Source: an uncultured Gammaproteobacteria bacterium (GTDB taxonomy: Bacteria > Patescibacteriota > Microgenomatia > Daviesbacterales > UBA10151). From it: DNA of 64,000 bases. Shown here piece by piece: positions 8,636 to 19,035 of the stretch. How positions within the stretch are numbered: position 1 is the first letter of the stretch; each line of letters starts with the position of its first letter. A program made the position numbers and the translations under genes. Where the stretch lies: NCBI GenBank assembly GCA_964500725.1, contig CAZCNP010000004.1:12139-76138 (forward strand), given 5' to 3'. The notes beneath the pieces are model-generated. The model saw only the letters and a list, made by a program, of their open reading frames with translations. It was not told where the DNA came from and searched no databases.

Positions 8636-9415
8636 TCACGGGTTTAATACTTTCAAAATCTGATCATGTATCAAACCGTTAGAGGTTACAATTTCCAATC
8701 TCTTTTTTGACCAATCAATTTCCTCTCCTTTGCCATCAGTTACCCTGCCTCCAGCCTCGGTTATAATTACAGCACCTGCTATACAATCCCAAATATTGGT
8801 ATCTGTGGCAAACCCATCCAATACTCCATTTCCTACCAAAGCAAATATTAAAGCATCACCGCCTAAAGAAACCGGATAGCGAATCTTATTTAAAAACGGC
8901 ATGATATAAGTTTGAGTTTTTTTCATTCTTTTGGCCATATGGGCAAAATCAACTCCCAATACTGAATCTGATAAATCAGCAGTTTTGCTAACTGCTGTTT
9001 TTTTGCCATTTAAATAAGCTCCCTGCCCTTCAAAAGAATAATACAGATTATCCATTAAAGCCTGGTAAACTACTCCCAAGATAGGTTTTTCATCCTTTAA
9101 AAGGCCAATGGAAACTGAGAAAGTAGGCAACCCTACTGAAAAGACTATTGTTCCATCCAAAGGATCAATTACCCAGGTATATTCTGAACCATTCTGGGTT
9201 TCCCCTGCTTCTTCAGAAATAATATTATGTTTAGGAAAATTATCTTTTAAAGTTTTTAAGATTATTTTTTCTGCATCTAAATCAGCTTGGGTGGCAAAGT
9301 TGCTTTTTTCTCCTTTGACAAAATATTTATGTTTTTTCCCGTAATAGCCTAAGATAACTTGCCCAGCTTTTTTGGCTGCCTGCTTAGCAACTTCTAAAAG
9401 TTTTGACTCATCCAT
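8636..9415 (-). CDS. inositol monophosphatase family protein (SuhB-like)
   Basis: The motifs WVIDPLDGT and WDCIAGAVII are typical of the inositol monophosphatase family. Confidence 0.8.
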   Translation of the reverse strand: MDESKLLEVAKQAAKKAGQVILGYYGKKHKYFVKGEKSNFATQADLDAEKIILKTLKDNFPKHNIISEEAGETQNGSEYTWVIDPLDGTIVFSVGLPTFSVSIGLLKDEKPILGVVYQALMDNLYYSFEGQGAYLNGKKTAVSKTADLSDSVLGVDFAHMAKRMKKTQTYIMPFLNKIRYPVSLGGDALIFALVGNGVLDGFATDTNIWDCIAGAVIITEAGGRVTDGKGEEIDWSKKRLEIVTSNGLIHDQILKVLNP

Positions 9416-10073
9416 TTAGCAATTGTATCACCTCTTGATCTGTTACAGGCTCAAATTGATGGTAAAACTGACCTACAGCTTGGAAATATGCTGGTGCTTC
9501 CAATACCACTACCTGCTCAACCTCATCTTCAACTTTTTCTAAAGCGCTCTGACTTGCTATTGGCACAGCCAGTATGACTCTTGCCTGATGTCTTTTTAAG
9601 TATTCTATTGCAACTTGGGTTGTTGCTCCTGTGGCCATTCCATCATCTACTAAAATAATTGTTTTACCCCGAATATCTAGCAGCTTTTTACCTTGTCTAT
9701 ACAGCTTTTCTCTTCTGCTTATCTCTTGCCTTTCTTCCTCAATTTTTTCTTTTAAATCCTCTGCATCTAATTGCAGCGCTGAGAGTAGTTCCTCATCCCA
9801 AACTGCTTGTCCCTCAGAATCTAAAGCGCCTAATGCTAACTCAGGCTGTGTGGAAGCACCTATTTTCCTGGTGACAATAATATCCAAAGGTAGTTTGAGG
9901 ATTTTTGCTACCTCAGAGGCAACCACCACCCCACCTCTAGGAATCCCCAAGATAATATCAGCTTTAATAGCTTTTAATTTATTGGCCAGCAGCTTACCAG
10001 CAGACTGCCTATTTCTAAAAAGCTTCATTTCAGTCAAATAACCCCAACTGAGGCGCCTCTTTTTGTTCTTCAA
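9408..10073 (-). CDS. phosphoribosyltransferase (type I PRTase fold)
   Basis: The PRPP-binding motif ILVDDGMATGATT is present. Confidence 0.7.
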   Translation of the reverse strand: MKNKKRRLSWGYLTEMKLFRNRQSAGKLLANKLKAIKADIILGIPRGGVVVASEVAKILKLPLDIIVTRKIGASTQPELALGALDSEGQAVWDEELLSALQLDAEDLKEKIEEERQEISRREKLYRQGKKLLDIRGKTIILVDDGMATGATTQVAIEYLKRHQARVILAVPIASQSALEKVEDEVEQVVVLEAPAYFQAVGQFYHQFEPVTDQEVIQLLNG

Positions 10074-11328
10074 TCTTAGAACTGCCCTCAGCCCCCCAGA
10101 TTTTTACCACCCCATATACTCCATCATACCCTGGGTCAATTACCAAATCCCCTATTCTCACTTTACTAATTCCTTCTGCTATTTTATCCCCAGATACCTT
10201 GGCAATTTCCCTAATATCAACCTTTGTTAAAATCTTTATCTCGCTTCCTAAAATATTTGTTAACTTTTTATATTCATTTAAGACCTTTTGGGTTGTTGGA
10301 GCAGTTTGGTAAGCTTCTGCAATAATTTGTAAAAGCGGTACTAACATCCTATACCCTGCCTTCTGAGGAAAAGCTAAACTTTTGATAACCCCTTCCTTAT
10401 TTTCAATTTGTAAATCTTCATTTGACCTGCCAGCCAAAGCTTCTACCCTTTCCATTACCCCAACGGTTAATCCTCTGCCGCAAACAGGACACTTAGTTCC
10501 TTTGATTTTGGTATCTTCTGGCGAGTATTTCACATTACAACTTCTATGGCCAGTATAGTGATACTTACCCTCCTCTGGATAGAATTCGATAGTTCCAACT
10601 ATTTCCTGCTTTCTAATGGCCTGAAAGAGCCCTGAATACCCTAGGGAAACATCTTCTCCTATGACTGTTGATTCCCTACCCAAATTGGGCAAAGAATGAG
10701 CGTCTGAACAGGAAATAACTGACCTGCTGTCAAGCTCTTTTATCCTCCAATTCATTGCAGGGTCCGAGCTTAAACCAGTTTCTACTGCATAAATATAGGG
10801 AGTTAAATCCTCAAAAGCATCCTGTAAACTATCATATCCAGATTGGGAACCAAAAATCCCAAACCAGGGAGTCCAAGCATGCGAACAAATAAATAAAGCT
10901 TGCTCATCTATCTCTAAACACATCCGCAGTAAATCTTTAGAGGAAATCCCAACAATTGGCCTACCATCTGATGAAAGATTAGCCCGTTTGGCAAGAAGAG
11001 CTTGCTGCAGCTTAGCAGCAGATTCAAATGAAGGAAGAAATATTAAATTATGAACTCTTCTTACTGCCCCTTTATGGGAATAAATAGAAGAAACCTCTAC
11101 TGTTAAGACAAACTTAACATCTGAGGAATTATGAGTGAGAAATCCAGATCCATCTTCTTTTAACTGGCTTTTAAGTTCAGCAAACCATAAAGGGTGCAAA
11201 AAATCACCTGTGCCTAAAACATCAATTCCTTTTAGTTTGGCCCACTGCACCAAATTAGGCACATTTAATTGTTGGGAGCAGGCCCTACTAAACCTGGAAT
11301 GGATATGTAAATCTGCAATATATGCCAT
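10030..11328 (-). CDS. PHP-domain nuclease, EndoQ-like (TIGR00375-type)
   Basis: The N-terminal PHP motif ADLHIHSRFSRACS is followed by VLGTGDFLHPLW. There is an internal zinc-finger-like CPVCG. The protein is 432 aa. Confidence 0.6.
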   Translation of the reverse strand: MAYIADLHIHSRFSRACSQQLNVPNLVQWAKLKGIDVLGTGDFLHPLWFAELKSQLKEDGSGFLTHNSSDVKFVLTVEVSSIYSHKGAVRRVHNLIFLPSFESAAKLQQALLAKRANLSSDGRPIVGISSKDLLRMCLEIDEQALFICSHAWTPWFGIFGSQSGYDSLQDAFEDLTPYIYAVETGLSSDPAMNWRIKELDSRSVISCSDAHSLPNLGRESTVIGEDVSLGYSGLFQAIRKQEIVGTIEFYPEEGKYHYTGHRSCNVKYSPEDTKIKGTKCPVCGRGLTVGVMERVEALAGRSNEDLQIENKEGVIKSLAFPQKAGYRMLVPLLQIIAEAYQTAPTTQKVLNEYKKLTNILGSEIKILTKVDIREIAKVSGDKIAEGISKVRIGDLVIDPGYDGVYGVVKIWGAEGSSKIEEQKEAPQLGLFD

Positions 11329-11371
11329 GGCGCTATTTTAACATGTTTACAAAGTGTGTTAGTATTTTTAT

Positions 11372-11596
11372 ATGAGTGATGGAACTCCCAAAGAACCAGA
11401 TATAGCTGACCACGAAGGCACACTGTCCAAAGCATTCGGAAAGGGGTGGATGAACCAGTACAAGACAGACTATCGAGAGTTGAGTAAAAATCCTTCTGCA
11501 ACTGCTCCAGCAGCAAACACCAGTGAAAAACCAGCTCAACCTGCTCCCAAACAGCCCTTTTGGAAAAAAATTATTCCCTCCCGTTCCTCTGCCTAG
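11372..11596 (+). CDS. hypothetical small protein
   Basis: A 74-aa low-complexity ORF in a GC-richer stretch. Confidence 0.25.
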   Translation: MSDGTPKEPDIADHEGTLSKAFGKGWMNQYKTDYRELSKNPSATAPAANTSEKPAQPAPKQPFWKKIIPSRSSA

Positions 11597-13330
11597 TTAT
11601 TTTTTACCCTGAGTCTGATACATCTCTATTAGCTCTTTTACAGAAGTTGCATCTTCAACTTTTTTATCCTCTCCCCTAAATTTAACTAGCCTGGGAAATC
11701 TTAAAGCATAGCCTGGTTCTGTGCCTTGCTTGCCAGCAGTATGAACTGGAGATCTGGTAATCTCATCAGCCAACACTTCAATCACAATTTCTGGGCTAAT
11801 CCAAACAGATGGGATTAAAATAGAATTAACCCTGGCTGGTTTTTGATCTACTTTAATCTTGTCTGCTCTTTTGTGAATTTCCCTCCATTCCTCATCTGTT
11901 AAACCAGTGCCAATTTTAGAAACTGTCACAAACTCATCTTTATTTTTGTCATATACCCCTACCAGTAGCGCTCCTGCCCCAAATTCAACCCTCTTTCCTC
12001 TGCCAAAAATATACCCCAAAATCACACAATCAATAGTATCTTTTAACTCACCTGCAGAATGCCTTTTTAATTTTACCCAGTTAAAATTTCTGGCTCCTGC
12101 TTCATATTTAGAATCAGGGCGTTTGACTACCAATCCTTCTAAACCCTTAGAAATAGCATCATCTAACATTGTTTGCAGTTTGTCTGCCTTATCTATCATC
12201 TCTCCCCTCTCTACTAGCAAAGTGTCTCCACTTCCAACAGTCTTTTCTAAAATTTCTAACCTGTCTTTAAGCTCTAAATCAATTAAAGATTTACCATCTT
12301 TATATAAAATATCAAAACAAAAAGCCTTTAAAGGAATTTTTTTGGCCATCTCATCAATTTCATATTTTCTTCTTCTTTGAGTAGTTTCCTGGAAGGGCAA
12401 AAATTCATCTGAGGTTGGGTTAAAACCAATTGCCTCAGAGTCTAAAATAGCTGTTTTTGCCTTAATTTGTTTTTTAGCCCCTTCCACTATTTCAGGAAAC
12501 ATTGGAGTAGTCTCTTCTAAGTTTCTGGAAAAAAGTCTGACATTAGCTCCATCTTTGTGCACCTGAACGCGAAATCCATCTAACTTCCGTTGAGCATTTA
12601 CCACTCCTAGCTTCTCAATAACTTTTTCAGTAGTAGGCAATCTTTCAGCCAGCTGTGATCTAATTGGCCTGCCTACTGTTACATCTAATTTCTCAATTCC
12701 TTCCAGTCCCTTACTCCATAAAGTTTCTCCAATTAACCCCAAATCAGAAGTTTTATTATATGCCCCCTCAAGTAATTTCCTTTTGCTTTTATCTCCTAAT
12801 TTAAGCTTGGCAAAAGCATCCAAAATAGTTGGATCACCAATCCCAAGTCTTGATACTCCCAAAGGAATTCTCACTAAGTGCTTGGCTCCTACTGATTCCA
12901 CTTTTGAAAGCAACTCAGACAGTGTGGAAACCTTTTTTTCAACAGTCCCTTCCCCTGTCATCTTGGCAATATTTCTCAATGTTTCAAATACTTCATTTAC
13001 TGATAAATCACTTTTACTTTTTCCCTTGGATTTTTTACTTAATCTTAAGGCTACCAGCCCAAGATCACCTACCATACCATACTCTTTTAACACTTCTTCC
13101 CTGTCAATTTCATAAGCTCTAGCAATTGAAGCAGCCACCAACTTTTCACTCATCCCAATTTCTAAAGGTTCAAAAAAAGGCCCAACTCTGCCTTGAATCA
13201 AGTAAGAAACATGTCCAATCTCATTAAATTCCACTTGGGAGAAAAGCTCAGTTAAAATATCAATTAAGGCAAGCCTTGAGGAGGTTTCTTCCAGATGTTC
13301 AAAATACTGGGAAAGCTTAGAAAACAGCAT
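11597..13330 (-). CDS. lig: ATP-dependent DNA ligase
   Basis: The adenylation motif I KLDGFR appears in the context QRKLDGFRVQVHKDGANVRLFSRNLEE. The protein is 577 aa. Confidence 0.85.
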   Translation of the reverse strand: MLFSKLSQYFEHLEETSSRLALIDILTELFSQVEFNEIGHVSYLIQGRVGPFFEPLEIGMSEKLVAASIARAYEIDREEVLKEYGMVGDLGLVALRLSKKSKGKSKSDLSVNEVFETLRNIAKMTGEGTVEKKVSTLSELLSKVESVGAKHLVRIPLGVSRLGIGDPTILDAFAKLKLGDKSKRKLLEGAYNKTSDLGLIGETLWSKGLEGIEKLDVTVGRPIRSQLAERLPTTEKVIEKLGVVNAQRKLDGFRVQVHKDGANVRLFSRNLEETTPMFPEIVEGAKKQIKAKTAILDSEAIGFNPTSDEFLPFQETTQRRRKYEIDEMAKKIPLKAFCFDILYKDGKSLIDLELKDRLEILEKTVGSGDTLLVERGEMIDKADKLQTMLDDAISKGLEGLVVKRPDSKYEAGARNFNWVKLKRHSAGELKDTIDCVILGYIFGRGKRVEFGAGALLVGVYDKNKDEFVTVSKIGTGLTDEEWREIHKRADKIKVDQKPARVNSILIPSVWISPEIVIEVLADEITRSPVHTAGKQGTEPGYALRFPRLVKFRGEDKKVEDATSVKELIEMYQTQGKK

Positions 13331-13376
13331 AGATGGATTGTAATAAATCCTCTCGGTATTGTAAAATACCTACCCC

Positions 13377-13901
13377 ATGAGTTATCCTGAAATAATGCCA
13401 AACCTTTCTCCTGAGCAATCACCAATGCCAGAACAAAAAAACCCAAGAGAAACAGAATTAGAAGATCAATTACTGGCTATGTTCTATGATCTTATGGGAC
13501 CAAAAAGTCGTAATAAACCAGGTGCAATGGATATAATCCGCAGAAAGATACACCCATTTATAGCAGAACAAATCAGAAAAGAGAATGAATTAAAAACAGC
13601 AGCTACAGCAACTGGTCAAGCAGCTTTAACATCCATTACTGAAGAGTTAAGAGCACCTTTATCCCATTTTGTAGCATTTGCAGAGTTTGTACACTATGAT
13701 CCCAAAAAAGCAGTAAAGGTTGCAGAAGAATTTATTGGCGATGCGACAAAAAAATCTCTAAAAATAGTTGAAAGGTATGAGGAAGCTATAGCCTCAGGCG
13801 ATATTCGCCCTTCACCTCATGCTTTCCAACCTGGCACTACTGTTTTATCAGTTCATCCCTATTCCCAAGCTCAGGTAGATAAATCTGGCAATCCTACTTA
13901 A
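13377..13901 (+). CDS. hypothetical protein
   Basis: A 174-aa ORF with coding-like composition and no recognisable motif. Confidence 0.35.
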   Translation: MSYPEIMPNLSPEQSPMPEQKNPRETELEDQLLAMFYDLMGPKSRNKPGAMDIIRRKIHPFIAEQIRKENELKTAATATGQAALTSITEELRAPLSHFVAFAEFVHYDPKKAVKVAEEFIGDATKKSLKIVERYEEAIASGDIRPSPHAFQPGTTVLSVHPYSQAQVDKSGNPT

Positions 13902-15009
13902 GAACATATGCTGCCTTTTTAGTGCCACCACTCTTTTTCACCAAACCTTTTTGCCTTAAAAATTTTAGCTCCCTTAAAACTGTATCATCTGAATAATCTG
14001 GAAAGATTTTTCTAAACTCTTTATTTGATAAAGATTTATGCCTGTGAATGTATTCCATAATCATCATTTGTCTTTCGTTTAACATTAGCTGCTCGCCTAA
14101 TTTATCTTTAATTCTGGCATCTACAGAGATTCTTTGAACTTTTTCCTTAACCCTGCTTAATTCTATAGCCACCCCTTCTGTAAAATACTCCAGCCAGGGA
14201 GTTAAATCACGCTCATGAGTATCTAGCACCAGCTGGTTTGAAACAGCTTGTAGAGTCAAGTAATAATCCATTGGGTTTTCATCAAAGTATTCCTCAAACG
14301 AAAAGAATTTTCTGATATCATATCTATCTAAAAATAAAATTAATGTAGCCACAGCTCTGGCTACTCTACCATTTCCATCTACAAAAGGATGAATTCTAGC
14401 TAGTTCATAATGGATAATCCCAGCTTTGATAATTGGGTGAATTTGCTTCCCTTCATCTGAATTGATCCAATTAACTAAATCCTCTACCAAATATGGCACC
14501 TCTACTGCAGGAGGAGGTGTGTATGAAACCTGGCCAGTTTTGGTATTTTTAATTACCACCTGTCTTAACCTAAATTGCCCACAAGATTGTTCTGGCAAAA
14601 TCTTATCTGTGGTGAGTTTGTGCATTTCCAAAACGGTTTCTATAGTAAAACTGTAAGCACCTGATCCGCCAACCGCTGGACCAATTTGGGTTTGGACAGC
14701 ATCTATAAACTTTAAAACATTTCTGTAATTGATAACTTCCTGAACATCCCTGTCTCTGGCTATTACTTCCTGACCATCCAATACATCTTTAACTTCTTCA
14801 GGAGTTAAAGGGTTCCCCTCTAAATGAGTGCCATGATGGATAGTTCTTTCGATTGCTTCTTTTCTAAATTTAGCTTCCCAAGCAGGCACCAAAGGAGCAT
14901 TCATAATAATTTCTCTGGCAGCCTCAACTACACCAATGTCTTTTAATATTTTGTTAGTGATTGTATATTTGGGGACGAACATACCCTTATCTTCCCATAT
15001 TTCCCGCAA
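13894..15009 (-). CDS. Fic family protein (probable AMPylase) with a C-terminal winged-helix domain
   Basis: The canonical Fic motif HPFVDGNGRVARA is present. A candidate inhibitory-helix segment GTHLEGN lies upstream in the same protein, which would make it class II-like. Confidence 0.85.
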   Translation of the reverse strand: MREIWEDKGMFVPKYTITNKILKDIGVVEAAREIIMNAPLVPAWEAKFRKEAIERTIHHGTHLEGNPLTPEEVKDVLDGQEVIARDRDVQEVINYRNVLKFIDAVQTQIGPAVGGSGAYSFTIETVLEMHKLTTDKILPEQSCGQFRLRQVVIKNTKTGQVSYTPPPAVEVPYLVEDLVNWINSDEGKQIHPIIKAGIIHYELARIHPFVDGNGRVARAVATLILFLDRYDIRKFFSFEEYFDENPMDYYLTLQAVSNQLVLDTHERDLTPWLEYFTEGVAIELSRVKEKVQRISVDARIKDKLGEQLMLNERQMMIMEYIHRHKSLSNKEFRKIFPDYSDDTVLRELKFLRQKGLVKKSGGTKKAAYVLK

Positions 15010-15035
15010 AAAATCTAATATGGTAGTATTTTTGT

Positions 15036-15245
15036 ATGGAGTTTGTCCCAGAGCTTAATGATAAACAACTTGATAGAATTTCCGAATTCCTTTCTAACTT
15101 TTCACTTCTGGTAATTGCTACTCTAATCCTACCCAACATTTTCGGCCTCAATAAACCCAATATAAATGATCTAATATCAGGAATTTTGTTGACAATATTA
15201 ACCTTAACAATTAGTATGATAATACTAAGGAAAAATTATGAGTGA
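15036..15245 (+). CDS. hypothetical small membrane protein
   Basis: A 69-aa hydrophobic protein. Confidence 0.3.
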   Translation: MEFVPELNDKQLDRISEFLSNFSLLVIATLILPNIFGLNKPNINDLISGILLTILTLTISMIILRKNYE

Positions 15246-15314
15246 CTTGCAGACTTTTTATTTAATTGCAGCAATCGGGGTTTTGGCAATCTCCATTCTA
15301 GTTGCTCCCACTCT

Positions 15315-15587
15315 TTGGAAACGCTCAAAAAAGAAAAGAAAGTAGCGAAGCAAAAAGGCCTAGCTCCAGTATTAATAGTTCTGATCCTAGCAAGTCTCAT
15401 ACTGCTCATCCCTATACCCTATTACCAGAATAACGTGTTATGCCTACCAGGAGTTAATTGTCCAAAAGAAGGATGGTATTTTGGTGATCCTTTGTATAAA
15501 AAGATATATGCTTACTTTTATTCTATAAACAAACCAGGACCTACCGAATCTCTTATTGAAACCACCACACCACCTGTTAATCCTTAG
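15315..15587 (+). CDS. hypothetical small membrane protein
   Basis: A 90-aa protein with an N-terminal transmembrane segment. Confidence 0.3.
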   Translation: METLKKEKKVAKQKGLAPVLIVLILASLILLIPIPYYQNNVLCLPGVNCPKEGWYFGDPLYKKIYAYFYSINKPGPTESLIETTTPPVNP

Positions 15588-15825
15588 AAAACTTTTTCCA
15601 CTTTTAAATTCCTCCCCTAATCTAATTTATATTATTGGTATTGATACAAAATATGTTAAGTGGCGAAATTCAATGTAAACAAAAAATATTGATAATTTTG
15701 TCTCAGAAAACTCAATGAATCGAGACTAAACCAAATAACAAAATTATCACTAAGTGAGCAAGTTTCTACCGTGCGAACGCTTTTTTGCGACCAAACGAGC
15801 CACATTACTATTGCGGCCAAAAGTA

Positions 15826-18800
15826 TCAAGAAGAAACATATTCATCCCAGCTTTTGATTTGTAGATCTTCCATCTTTTTGGAAGCTAATGCTGAAGCTAA
15901 AAGTTCTGCTGCTTGTAAATTGGTAATAAGTGGTATACCTAAATCAACACAATTTCTTCTGATAATATACCCTTCTGTTTCCCCCATAGCTTGCTTTCCT
16001 TCAGATATATTTATTACCAAATCTATTCCCTCCTTTAAAAGATCCAAAACTGAAGGATGTTGATCTTCAAAAATCTTATAGATTCTGTTATTTTTAACAC
16101 CATTTTCAGTTAAAAACTTTGAGGTATGCTCTGTGGCATATATCTTTAACCCTAGACTTGCTAACACCTTAGCAGAAGCTAGCAAATCTAGCTTGTTTTT
16201 ATCTCCTCCAATTGATAAAAGAACCGAATTTTTAGGCATTTTAAAACCTGTTGCCAAAATTGCCTTCAAATACCCTTCTTGTAAATCATCCCCAAAACAA
16301 GCAACTTCTCCCGTGGAAGACATCTCTACCCTAAGCCTTGGATCTGCTCCTTTGATTCTACTAAAAGAAAACTGGGGTGCTTTTACACCTACATAATCTA
16401 AATCTATGGTTTTAAAATCACCTTTTATCTCTTCTCCTAACATAACCCTGGTTGCTAGCTCTACAAAATTATAGCCTGTGACTTTGGAGACAAATGGAAA
16501 AGAACGAGATGCTCTCAAATTCAGCTCTATCACCATGATTTTATTATCTTTGGCTAAAAACTGAATATTAAATGGGCCATTAATTTCTAAGGCTTTTAAA
16601 ATTTTTCTGGTAGCATTTTTCACTCTTCTAACAGTCTCCAGATATAATCTTTGAGGAGGCAGAACAATGGTTGCATCCCCTGAATGCACACCAGCATTTT
16701 CTACATGTTCAGAAATGGCATAAATTAACAAATCCCCTTTTACCCCTACTCCATCAACCTCAATTTCTTTAGCACCCTCTACGAATTTAGATATCACCAC
16801 AGGATGTTCGGTAGATATATCTGAAGCGCTTTTGAGAAACTTTTTCAACTCAGTAGCAGCATAGGCCACATTCATAGCAGATCCTGATAAAACATATGAG
16901 GGTCTAATTAGCACTGGATAGCCTATTTTTTTGGCAAAGGAAGCTGCATCCTCAACACTTTTTAGGCTTTGCCAGGCTGCTTGATCTATTCCTAATTTAT
17001 CCAAAAGCTTGGAGAACTTATCCCTATCTTCTGCCTGATCAATACTCTGAGCAGAGGTGCCTAGGATTTTATAGCCTGTCTGAAAACACTTCATAGCCAA
17101 ATTATTTGGCACTTGTCCGCCAAAACCTAAAACCAAACTAGCATCTTTTTCTATATCATAAATATCACTAACCCTCTCGTAGGTTAGCTGCTCAAAGTAT
17201 AGCTTATCTGCGCTATCATAATCTGTAGAAACTGTTTCAGGATTACAGTTGATAATAATGGTTTCTAGACCCTTAGAACGCAATGTTTGCGCACAAGTCA
17301 CAGAACACCAGTCAAATTCTACGGATGAACCAATTCTGTAAGGTCCAGAGCCTAAAACAATAGCCTTGTTAGTAGGCTCTTGCTTTTGCTCGCTTACCTC
17401 TGATTTATCTCCATGATAAGTTAAATACAAATAATTAGTTTTTGCTGGATATTCTCCTGCTAAAGTATCAATATGTTTTACCTGAGGAACTATTCCATGC
17501 TTTTTCCGATAATCTCTTATTTCCTGCTCACTTTTTTTGAACTTTCTGGCTATTACTTTATCTGAAAATCCCAACTTCTTTGCTTCCAGAATGGTTTTAT
17601 AGATGTTGGCTTTTAGCTGTTGGCTTTTAGCTGCTAATGGCAAATGGCCAATAGCCAGTAGCTCCCTCTCAAACTCGACCATCTCCTTAATTTGGTGTAA
17701 AAACCATGGATCAATACCTGTTGCTTCATAGATACTATCTACTGACTCCCCTTTTTCAAACCTTTTGGCTATTGCAAACAGTCTCTCTGTGGTAGGCAGC
17801 AGTTTAGTATCATCTACCTCATTTTCCAGCAGTCCATCCTGCCCAGTCTCCAACATTCTAATTGCTTTTTGCAAAACCTCAGGAAAACTTCTGCCTATTG
17901 CCATAACTTCTCCTACACTTTTCATTTCAGAACCTATTTGCTGTCTGGCTCCCACAAATTTTTGCAAATCCCATCTGGGAATTTTTACCACGATATAATC
18001 CAAACTTGGTTCAAAAAATGCAGAAGTCGATAAAGTCACACTGTTTTTTAACTCAGTTAGGTTGTAACCTAAACCAATTTTGGCAGCAATATAAGCCAGT
18101 GGATACCCGGTAGCTTTTGAGGCCAAAGCAGAAGAACGAGATAGCCTGGCATTAACTTCAATCACTCTATAGTCATTATTTGCAGGATTTAGGGCAAATT
18201 GAATATTACACTCTCCTATAATCCCTAGATGTTCAATTACTTGTAGGGAAAGTTTTCGCAAATAATAATACTGATAACTATTCAAGGTCTGTGAAGGCGC
18301 AACTACAATGCTTTCTCCTGTATGAATCCCCAGAGGATCAAAATTTTCCATGTTACAAACAGTAATTTTATTGCCTTGATTGTCCCTGACAACTTCATAT
18401 TCTATTTCTTTCCAATGCTTTAGATACTCCTCAACAGCAATTTGTGGGGCTTGTTTTAAAGCCAGTGCTACCATTTTGACAAATTCATCTTTACTATTTG
18501 CCACCCCAGACCCTAATCCCCCTAAAGAAAACCCTGATCTGATCAAAAGCGGATACCCCAGCTCCTCAGCAATCTTTAAAGCTTCATCAAGCGTGCGGGC
18601 AAATCCACCTTTTGGAACTTTAACCCTGATATTGCCAAGTTCGCGGGCAAACAGCTCTCTATCTTCGGTAATTTGGATACTTTTTACAGAAGAGCCTAAC
18701 ACTTTAATATTCCATTTTTTAAATACACCCATCTTATCCAAAGCCAACCCGCAATTTAGAGCAGTTTGCCCTCCAAAACCTAGGAAAATTCCATCTGGTT

Positions 18801-19035
18801 TTTCTTTCTCAATTACTTTTTGCACAAAATATGGGGTGACAGGCAGGAAATAAATTTTCTTTGCAAGCTCTTTTGAGGTTTGAATGGTGGCAATATTTGG
18901 GTTTATCAAAACTGCATCTATCCCTTCTTCTCTTAAGGCTTTCAGAGCTTGCGAACCAGAATAATCAAACTCACCTGCCTCGCCAATTTTTAATGCCCCA
19001 GAACCTAAAACAAGTACTTTTTTTAGCTTAATCAT
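15826..19035 (-). CDS. carB: carbamoyl-phosphate synthase large subunit
   Basis: A 1069-aa protein with two ATP-grasp halves. The N-terminus VLVLGSGALKIGEAGEFDYSGSQA matches CarB. Confidence 0.95.
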   Translation of the reverse strand: MIKLKKVLVLGSGALKIGEAGEFDYSGSQALKALREEGIDAVLINPNIATIQTSKELAKKIYFLPVTPYFVQKVIEKEKPDGIFLGFGGQTALNCGLALDKMGVFKKWNIKVLGSSVKSIQITEDRELFARELGNIRVKVPKGGFARTLDEALKIAEELGYPLLIRSGFSLGGLGSGVANSKDEFVKMVALALKQAPQIAVEEYLKHWKEIEYEVVRDNQGNKITVCNMENFDPLGIHTGESIVVAPSQTLNSYQYYYLRKLSLQVIEHLGIIGECNIQFALNPANNDYRVIEVNARLSRSSALASKATGYPLAYIAAKIGLGYNLTELKNSVTLSTSAFFEPSLDYIVVKIPRWDLQKFVGARQQIGSEMKSVGEVMAIGRSFPEVLQKAIRMLETGQDGLLENEVDDTKLLPTTERLFAIAKRFEKGESVDSIYEATGIDPWFLHQIKEMVEFERELLAIGHLPLAAKSQQLKANIYKTILEAKKLGFSDKVIARKFKKSEQEIRDYRKKHGIVPQVKHIDTLAGEYPAKTNYLYLTYHGDKSEVSEQKQEPTNKAIVLGSGPYRIGSSVEFDWCSVTCAQTLRSKGLETIIINCNPETVSTDYDSADKLYFEQLTYERVSDIYDIEKDASLVLGFGGQVPNNLAMKCFQTGYKILGTSAQSIDQAEDRDKFSKLLDKLGIDQAAWQSLKSVEDAASFAKKIGYPVLIRPSYVLSGSAMNVAYAATELKKFLKSASDISTEHPVVISKFVEGAKEIEVDGVGVKGDLLIYAISEHVENAGVHSGDATIVLPPQRLYLETVRRVKNATRKILKALEINGPFNIQFLAKDNKIMVIELNLRASRSFPFVSKVTGYNFVELATRVMLGEEIKGDFKTIDLDYVGVKAPQFSFSRIKGADPRLRVEMSSTGEVACFGDDLQEGYLKAILATGFKMPKNSVLLSIGGDKNKLDLLASAKVLASLGLKIYATEHTSKFLTENGVKNNRIYKIFEDQHPSVLDLLKEGIDLVINISEGKQAMGETEGYIIRRNCVDLGIPLITNLQAAELLASALASKKMEDLQIKSWDEYVSS

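Noticed and set aside
15600-15825. Hairpin gtctc-N17-gagac and cgcttttttgcg motif downstream of carB as a terminator
   Set aside because: The stems are short and AT-flanked without a clean U-tract on the appropriate strand, so this is not convincing.
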